The notes beneath the pieces were generated by a model, which was given only the letters and a program-made list of their open reading frames with translations, made no database searches and was not told the DNA's origin. The position numbers and the translations under genes were made by a program. Below, in pieces: positions 7,955 to 16,900 of a stretch of DNA of 20,000 bases. The stretch comes from Catajapyx aquilonaris (Eukaryota). Each line of letters starts with the position of its first letter. Position 1 is the stretch's first letter. Where the stretch lies: positions 109,305 to 129,304 of the forward strand of contig KZ538093.1 in NCBI GenBank assembly GCA_000934665.2. Reading direction: 5' to 3'.

Positions 7955-10900
7955 GTATGGTGAATCGACTTGAAGTGTAAATGATGATGAAGCAATTGCC
8001 TACTTTTTCTAGGCACATTTTGGAAGATACAGATGCACCTTTCAAGCAGTGCTCATATGTGGCAAAGTATAACAAGAAATGCAGCAACCCAATACCAACT
8101 AGTGAAGATCGTGGGTGAGTGTAAATTACATTTAGGGATGTATTTGCTTAAGAGCAGCCATATTTGGTGACAGGAGTTGTGACCCATACAAGACTTAATA
8201 TGTTCAGTTTCAATCTTGGGTCATGTATGGCTCACGAGAAAATAACAGATATGTTTTGCAGATATAACATTTATTTTCAAGGACATGTGATGGATGGAAT
8301 CCCACACATTTTTCTAGTTACATTTCAGAGGAAAACAAATACTGTAGGCCCATTCTCCAAGGGTTTCTCATTCATTTGATGTATGTGTTCGATTGGTTTT
8401 GACCACTTCCATTATCCGGGAAAAATTATCCAAAAAGGCCCAATTTCCAAAATGTCGCGATTTTGTCCCTCCCAGCAGTGTGTCTCAATTTGGCTGAAAC
8501 TTGATATGCAGCGTTATGGCATAGGTGTGTACAGCTGTCATTTGTTTCAGCAAAATCTGAGATGGTCTAGCAACATTTAGGCCCACTTGATTGGCAAAAA
8601 CCCGCAAAAACCCCTGTATTTGAGGATTTTGGTTTTTTGACTGCCCTGAGGTCAAAAACAAATTGCAGATAAAATGAATGGTCATTATGAACTAGCGCAC
8701 CCGCAGCCAAAATTTGGCAAGGCCTGATGATTTAGTGCTGTGATCAGAAGGTGGCAGCACTCACAAGGGACCGTTCTCCTTCCGGAGCGTTCCAGAGGCG
8801 AAGAAAATAAGGCTATTATTATAGGGGGAATTATGAGTGACCTAAAGGAGCATGGAAATAGGGATGAATTTCTATGGACAAATATCGTGTTGCCTCATGT
8901 TATCACCACTCATATCCTGCTCCCTTGGCAAACACTGGCCAATGTTGCTGGTCATCTACCGTGTTAACTGTTGGCCCCTCGACATTTCTCACCACTATAT
9001 TATCGACTTGTTTTGGCCGAAGGAAGACACAGACGGCCATTGGCCATACCACCAAGTGAAAAAATTTTGGGTTCAAGGTCACACAAGCTACTGGGAGATT
9101 TGAATGTGTGGAGGCCTATTTGATGAAATTGAACTGGAATGACCCGTGGGAATGCAACTCCGCCACAATTTTTTACACAGTACCAGAGACAATTTCGCCC
9201 CCCCAAATTTGCAGCTCTAGGTAGTTGCCTACTTTGCCTATCGGGAAATTCGGGCCTGCATGTAGTCATGCCTGACGCACTTGGCTAGAATCCCGGCAGG
9301 CAGGTTTTGGGCCAAGGCAGGCCAAGGCAAGGAGCCCGAACAGGCCAAAAAAATGCAGCAAATATTTAGTGAGACTGAGAAAAACTTAATTTTGGGGAGC
9401 GCTATTTAATTTTATCACCTGCCATCGAAACAGTCACGAAATAATTTGGATGAAAAACTGCCGAGATAGCAGAGGCGTGCATTGCCGGGAAGGCATGGTG
9501 GTCTGGCGGTTACGCCACTGGCCAGCCAAACGGGAGCCCGGGGTTGAAATCCCGTCCCCGTCACCTCTGCTTGGCCGGGTCTTTTTCCGCTTTTCACCCG
9601 ACATTCCGGGGCAGAATTGCACTCCCTACTCTGTCCAGGGCCAGAGAAAAGGCCGGGTGTTTAAAGGGACACTCCACTCAAAATACAAGTTGGCCTCTAA
9701 AAATCAGGCAAGGAATCCTGATTCCGAGAATGCGATCCGTTTATCTCTGAGGCGAACGGTAATGGCAGGGGAAGAGACGAAAGTCGGAATAAATTCGACT
9801 TCTGATCGAGCGTGGAGCCGCCCTCCTGACCAGCGGCCCCCGGGGGAAGTTGGGTACTCGCCACCTGGCGGCTGCCTCAGGAAGTAGGGATCGTAGCCGC
9901 GCGGGTTTGAAAAAATGCAGTTCGGTGGGATATTTCTGGCTGCTGCCAATACTGTCACGGAGGTGTTACTTTCCAGACCTCGCCTTTGCTTGGCTCCTAA
10001 TTGTGTACCGGTGGGCTACATATCATTCTGTTGCTGCCGCATCAGATCCCCGTAAAATTGGAATTAGTCATTGAAACAGAGCCATTAGCAATCTTCTGGC
10101 CCTAACACATATTAGCTGCTATTCTCAATCGCGTAGCGGTTATTCCAAGATGGCGCAGTCCAGCGATTCTGTCGGGCCCGAATGTACGGTAATGGAAAAG
10201 GATAGTTCGCGACCTAGCATGGAGGCTGCCGAGGGAGATAGCTCCGAACAGTCCGAAGTTCCAGGCTGCCTCCGACCCAGTCCACATGGGATCCTCCCTT
10301 ATCAATTCGAGCCGTGCGAGGGTGAGGAGCAAAACACTGCCCAGAATGACGGCCTTTTGTCCTTACCTTTCCGTGCCTTTCTCGTCCATGATGCTACTTG
10401 CTTCCGAGCCCTCCACCATATGCCGGAATGAAAGCCAGAAATGACAAGCGTAGGACCTACCCACCTCCTGCCCTAGTGCTAAGCATAAACATGTGTCCCT
10501 CCGGGCCTTTATGAGTCATGGGGATCTGATGTGTAAGCAACAGAATGATGTAGCCCACCGGTACCCAAGCAAAGGCGAGGTCTGGAAAGTAACACCTCCG
10601 TGACAGTATTGGCAGCAGCCATAAATATCCCACCGAACTGCATTTCAAACCCGCGCGGCTACGATCCCTACTTCCTGAAGCAGCCGCCAGGTGCCCGGGG
10701 TAGGTGTCGCCGGGGGTGGAGGGGCAGGGGGTTTGCAGCCGGCCTACTTTGCCATTTATTTATCGGATTATCGTTCGCCGTAGAAAAAAACCCATGGTAT
10801 CACCGGAATCAGGATTTTTGGCCTGATTTTTAGAGGTCAACTTGTTTTTTGAGTGGAGTGTCCCTTTAAAGAATGTCAGAAATGACTACTGCACAGCGCC

Positions 10901-13900
10901 CTCCCTTGGGAACCTCCCCTTCCCCCCTAAAAGGGCTCCGCCCTGTCACGGGGTCAATATTATAAAAACAAAAACAAAAAAAAAGAAATGCCCAAATGGT
11001 AATTTCTAAATAATTTCAAATATATCCTCCTGAGACCCGAGAAGAATTTTTAAAGCAATGTCAGTTCCTATTGCATTTTCTGAACATCTTCCCAATAAGA
11101 AACGAGAAAAAAAATTTAGTTTTTAAATATCGACAAAAATAGTGACAAACAACCAATGAGAACATTTAGACCCAATTGCTGCTACAAAAGCAGAACGGAT
11201 GAAAGCTGAAAATTTATGGATCACTAACATAGTGCTCTATCCTCAAAACAATGTTTTTTAAATTCATTTGTGGAATTCATGGTAGCAATTCCTCTCAGAA
11301 GACAATTAAAGATAAACTGCAATTATTTTTGAATGCCACCACTCCAGGCATGGGGCTTGCTCCTTCCCTTCTTACCCCCTAGCATGGTACCTCGCTATTT
11401 CAAGATTTTAAAACTGAACTGTATAATGCAAAGCACACTTCCTTATGGGTGTACAGGTACAGGCACTTAAAGAAATGCCACAGTCGATTCAGCTAAAAAT
11501 AATCATTTCGGATGTCCATTTAAATGGGCATTTGGTCTCAGGGAGAAAAGAAAATTGCCAGTTCTCTACAGCAGCAAAGATTGTCACAGACACATCTTTT
11601 CGTATTCTCTAATACACATTCCTTGAGAATCCCAGGACATTCACCGCATTGCGAAAATCGCACTCTAAATATGAGTTTTAAACAAAACTTATCAGATGAG
11701 CGCCTAGTTTCAGCAGCGGCATCCGCCATTTTCATAAGTGATTTAATTTTCGCTGCCAAAGTCAGATATTCGACACTTGGTGGCTGAGCCCAGATTGTAA
11801 TCATGGGATACCAACAGATTACAGTTCTGTTGGCATCACTAGTTGGCGCCAAAAATTTTTTTTGCTGATGTCGACACCATGTCTCAGGAGGATATGGTTA
11901 GATAGGCAAAGATTTGCACTATCCAGGGTTCACAGGAAAACTTTTGTGGCCTCCGGTAAGTGTCGAATAAAAAATACTTTTTCGGCATAACGTTGGCAAC
12001 GTATCAAAAAATGACATCTTTCTGCCTTCTTTTTGGGATAAAAAATTACACAAAAAGGTTAGAAAAACAACTTGCACATATCCTACATGGATTGAAACAA
12101 GCTTTTGAACTATGTATAACATGATTTTTTTTTGGATCATCTGCCTATGAGTTGTTTCGAGTCAAACACAGGGCTCAATGGATTAGGGAGCACTCCCAGC
12201 CCGGTAGGAGTGGGTCCAGGTACTCCTAGGAGGGAGGATCGCTCTTACTACCTGGGAGGGGTTGGTGCAATGAAATCCCTTCCTAGCAGCGCTCCCACCT
12301 CCTAGGAACTGTTCGGGCAATCGACCCTTAGAAACATGATGTTTGGTTTAAAAGTTACCTTCGGTCATGGAAATGTAGCACCATTCACAATATATGCTGG
12401 GATTGACCTTCAACCGCCTCCATATGCACTCGAATGCAACCCGACACGACACACCTTATTACATCTCTGCTGCATATCCTCATAAATGGTCAGGATTGCT
12501 GCACTGATGTTGCTTTCCAAGTCTTCTAACATTGATGCTCACTGTTGTAAGCACAACTCTTCAAATATCCCCATTCACGGCTCTTTTGACAGGTGAAAAC
12601 AGGATACCTGGTTTCTTGGAACAAATACATGGTGACTTTTTCGGTCATTCCAGTAGCCTGTGCTTCCCTTTTTGAATTTTTTTCTCCCTATAAAGGAGGT
12701 CATCTATGACTGGATTGGTCCAAAACACTTGGTGCAGCAATCCGGACTATTAATGTCCATATTCTGTGGAGGGCCTTTGATAATAAGGAGTATCAAGTTG
12801 TGTTCGAATGTGTATGGAGGACATTGAAGGTCAATCCCAGATTTGTTGTGAATTTTGCCACATTCCCATGAACTTAGGTAGGTTTTAAACGAAACATCAT
12901 GTTTCTAGGTAGAGTGGTAAGAAGGATATAGTCGATTCTTGGAGGGACTACCTAGTGAACATCCTGTACATAGTTATTGTTGTACCTTACTATGCTCAGC
13001 TTTCTGGGTGGTAGGTATGCCTTTGTAGGTTTTAAATGAGTTAATTTCATATCATTAAAAATGTCATTTGAAAAAAAAATTGTGCTTGTGAAAATTGACA
13101 ATTTTTTGTTTTGTTGCAGATTTTGTAATAGCCACATGGTTGCTGCTGGAATGGCACCAAGGAAGGAGAAGAAGCCAAAGAAAATCAGAGTTGATCAAAG
13201 TGAAAATCTCCCCACCATGAGCATTCCTGATGGCAAGCAGACATTTGCTGATCGAATGAAGGCTTCCCTGCTGACTGGGTCAAGCTCCAGTGGTGATTCC
13301 AGCGATGACCCATATGCGTTTAATGATGCTGAGAGTGACACTAGGCCTCCCAGTTTTCGTCTACACCCGAGCCTATGCCGTTTTACAACAAACTTACAAC
13401 CCTGCATAAGCCCCGTGAGATATGGAAATGCTGTGACAGAGACCTCTGCCACAAGCATGGCATCTAAATGTGTCTCGGTCGAAAATTTATATCAGAATTA
13501 CAAGCTTTCTGTTTGTAGTGCCGTCCATGAGCTGATACCACAGCTAAGAAACTCAATCCCAACGACATTGGCTGCTCCAACTACCTCTTTTCCTCACCCA
13601 CTTCCTGCCATCAGAACTTCAGTGGCCAACATGCACCCTACAGTCATGATTACTCCCTGCCAGTCCACCAGCAAAAATGCAAACCCACCCATCATCCATA
13701 TCCCTAAACCTGCTGGATTTGGCCTCCGACCATGGCAGGAAGAGAACAGTCCTGTAGAATCAAAAACAATGGATGATGAGAGTTCGAAGACTATGAATCA
13801 ATTACAAGCGAAGATTGCTCAGAAAAAGATCTCTGTCAAGCATCGAAAGAATTGTGTTCCTCAGAAGGACTCTTCTCTGGGATCCTTGGCTACAAGGATT

Positions 13901-16900
13901 AAGGCTGAGTTTCCAACATTGGTGCATCACCTTGAGGGAGAGCATAGCTTGTTAGAGCAGCAACTCTTGGGCTTGACTCCCAATCACAGTATGCCGTCAT
14001 ATATACAGAAGAGTACTTCATGTGCGTCTTCTGTATCATCGGATGTTTCTGGAGATGGCATGAATTTTGCAAGCCTTGACTATGGCTGTGACTCTCCTGC
14101 TTCTTTACTTAAAAGTCATGCAACATCACCAAAGATGGATGTGTCAATTTCAGAACACTCCCCTGTTACTGAAACTATTCACATAGAAACCTACTGGAAA
14201 ACCAAAGGCTCAGAACCTATTACCAGTACAGCAAACCAGGGCATTGTGAATGAAACTCCTGCAGTACTGAAGCATTTAGACCAACTCCTTGTGAAACAGA
14301 AAGAAAGAAAGCAAGACTTGTTCCCCTTGGGTAAGTACGTTTCTGTAAATTAGAATGGGGTTAGACTTTTAGTAATAATAGTTTGTTATTTAGGCCTGGC
14401 ACCTTCAGACAGTGATGATGACACGGATGATGATTGTGGAATTCTTATGAGTCTGGGTCGGCCAGAAAGTGACAGCTGGGAGTCAAAGGAAAAGATGGAA
14501 AGGCATTCCGTTGTCGAAGCTGCAATGAAAGAGGGTTGCTCTGGTTATCCTAGATCTGACCCTTATTCAATGGGGGCCAGAGAAAAGCATACCAGGTGTA
14601 CTAAGAAAGTACCCAGTAGACACATAAAAACATCAAATGAGCGAGACAGCGTGCAACGAGATTATGTAAGGACACTTATTGCTGCTGCCAGGAAATATCC
14701 CAATTCTGCAGCTGCTGTCTTAGAATCACATTTTGTTAAACCAGAAGACAGATTGCAATTTGCACCCAAATATCTTGATATGTAAGTATTGATGGTTGTT
14801 TGGCTCCTGTGTAATTATCTAACATCTGTGCCATATACCTATGTCAGGCTGGAGGACCCACTTTATGTACATCACCATTGTCGCTTCAAAGAGAGCAGTG
14901 GCTCCTCATGCCAGAACGTGGCCCTCCCTGGCAGCTGGCATTGCAAGATGCACATCATGTACAATGTCAACCAACAGATATTTGAGCATTGCACTGCCAA
15001 GTTTGCAAGTAACTTACAGTGCTGCATACCCACTGTTGATACCACCCATGAACTTCCTCTCTGCACTGAGCATTCACTTAAAAGGGTATGTGTGATAGTT
15101 GGTCAATGCAATATTGCCATAAATTCTGTTTGCTAATGCTGTGATATAATTCGACAGGACAACTATGACAGGATGGTTTGTAAACACAAACCAAAGAGGA
15201 CTCGGAAGCGAACAAAGCCGTCTGCAATGACTCGTCCAAACAAGAGAGGTAAAAAGAAAAAGAGATCACAGATTGCATCGCCTCTGCCAGCTGACTCCGA
15301 AGAAGGAAATCAAATGAAAGGTCAATATAATATATTTGAGGGTAGGGGAGTTGTCTACCTACTAGAGGTGTGTAAATGATGCATAATTTTGCAGACTCGG
15401 CAATATCAGAAGATCCTCCCAAAGCAAGTGATTTAGAAGACACAAAGGGGAGCCCATTCTCACAGCTTGATTATGCAATGGATTCCACCATTCAAGGTGT
15501 GCAGCTTCACTTGGATTTCATTAAATCCCTTTTTTGTTGTTTACAGAGTCTTCCTTAGTCCCTTTGCATGACTATTTCAAAAATTCAAGTGGTTTTTTTG
15601 ATCAAAAAGGGGCGGTCTATTTGCAGTTCTTAAAATGCTGGAGGCTGATTTGTGGTCTCATGTACACTCACTAATTTCCGTGGTTGGTTCAATTTAGTTG
15701 GATGGACCTATAAGCTTGAAAATTCATCACAAGTGATGGTCTGAAGGGATGCTTCCATCCAGCCCATTAGAGGCTAATGTATTAATTGTTTAAATTTTTA
15801 AATTATAATACCCTGTGATAGGGCCTTGGGCCCTTTTAGGGGGGGGGGGGGGGGGGGGGGNATGTGGGGAAGTGGGGGTTCCCAAGGGAGGGCGCTCGTA
15901 AATAGTTTGTAGTCATTTCTGATGCTCTTAAAGGAAGGCTTCAGTGATTTTGCACGTTGGGCTTCAAAAATCAAGCAAGAGGTTCTGAATATCTGGTATT
16001 TGGTAGCAAATGCACCATAAGCATAAAATTTCAAGTCAAAGTAGATATTTTTAAAAATCAGCATCGAACAGTAGGTACAGTACAGTACGATAGGTACAGT
16101 ACATCTGCCAGGTGATCTCCCTATAAAAAGGTGTGGTATGTGTGTCTAGGAGCAGGCGAATGTGTTTGGTCCTCGATTCCGTCACCAGTTGGTCCCATGA
16201 AATTTCTGCCCCCCTACATTTTTGACTTGTTTTGGGCCAATGAGTATGCTGCAGGCAGATGACAATAGTAATAAGTAGGCCCTGTTTTATTATGTGGTTA
16301 GGGTCCAGCAAAACTGGGTCATAAAATGAAAAGTTGTAAAGCAAGGGCTACCTGTACATATCTATTGACCCTGCCATAATGTACGTGGCTGGGAAAAATA
16401 ACAGTCCCTTGAAAATTTTCTGACGTGGGCTGCACGAGTTGAGATAGCGCTTCTCACCACCACTCACGATGTCCATTCCGGAAGATTTTCCAAGGACTGC
16501 TATTTTGTATAGCTGTCGACCACAAAAAAAAAAGAAAAAAAAGAGGAAAGTCTATTGTTTATCCGCACCTAGCGACGCGACGGGATTGGCAGGGCGTCGT
16601 GTGCTCCAAACATGTTGGCTACGCGTCGCAAACAACCGGTTGCCGGGCGAGCATAACAAAGGGCATCTTCTTACCCCTGCCATGCGAACCGATCATACGA
16701 GTGCTAGGACCACAGTATTAATGAAGGAGGTGGGAAATATGAAAGCCATGATGGTTGCTGCAGTCCGTTAACCGAAAGAACGACATGATGTTACACCATA
16801 AGCCATGTTTTATGAGCGTGTGCAGTAGTATGCCTGCAGAGTGAGTCGTGGGCATGATTGGAGGGGAGAGCCTGGTGGTGACGGGCGGAACTTGGCGTCA

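Noticed and set aside
7683..8087. 134-aa minus-strand ORF (similarly 13195-13458, 14872-15066, 15078-15443, 17885-18085)
   Set aside because: These are antisense shadows of INO80D exons with no independent protein features.
9195..9258. hAT-like right end (gcctactttgccta...ttcgggcctg)
   Set aside because: No matching left TIR or 8-bp TSD was found, so the boundaries cannot be supported.
12169..12328. GC-rich segment starting CAGGGCTC with repeated ctcc/ggag motifs, possibly a hAT MITE
   Set aside because: The terminal match is weak and there is no TSD.
13061..13119. ATG start of the 430-aa ORF
   Set aside because: This stretch is the intron's polypyrimidine tract and acceptor; homology starts at FCNSH.
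16080..16356. Tigger-like end gggctacctg|TA at 16354
   Set aside because: No convincing partner TIR.
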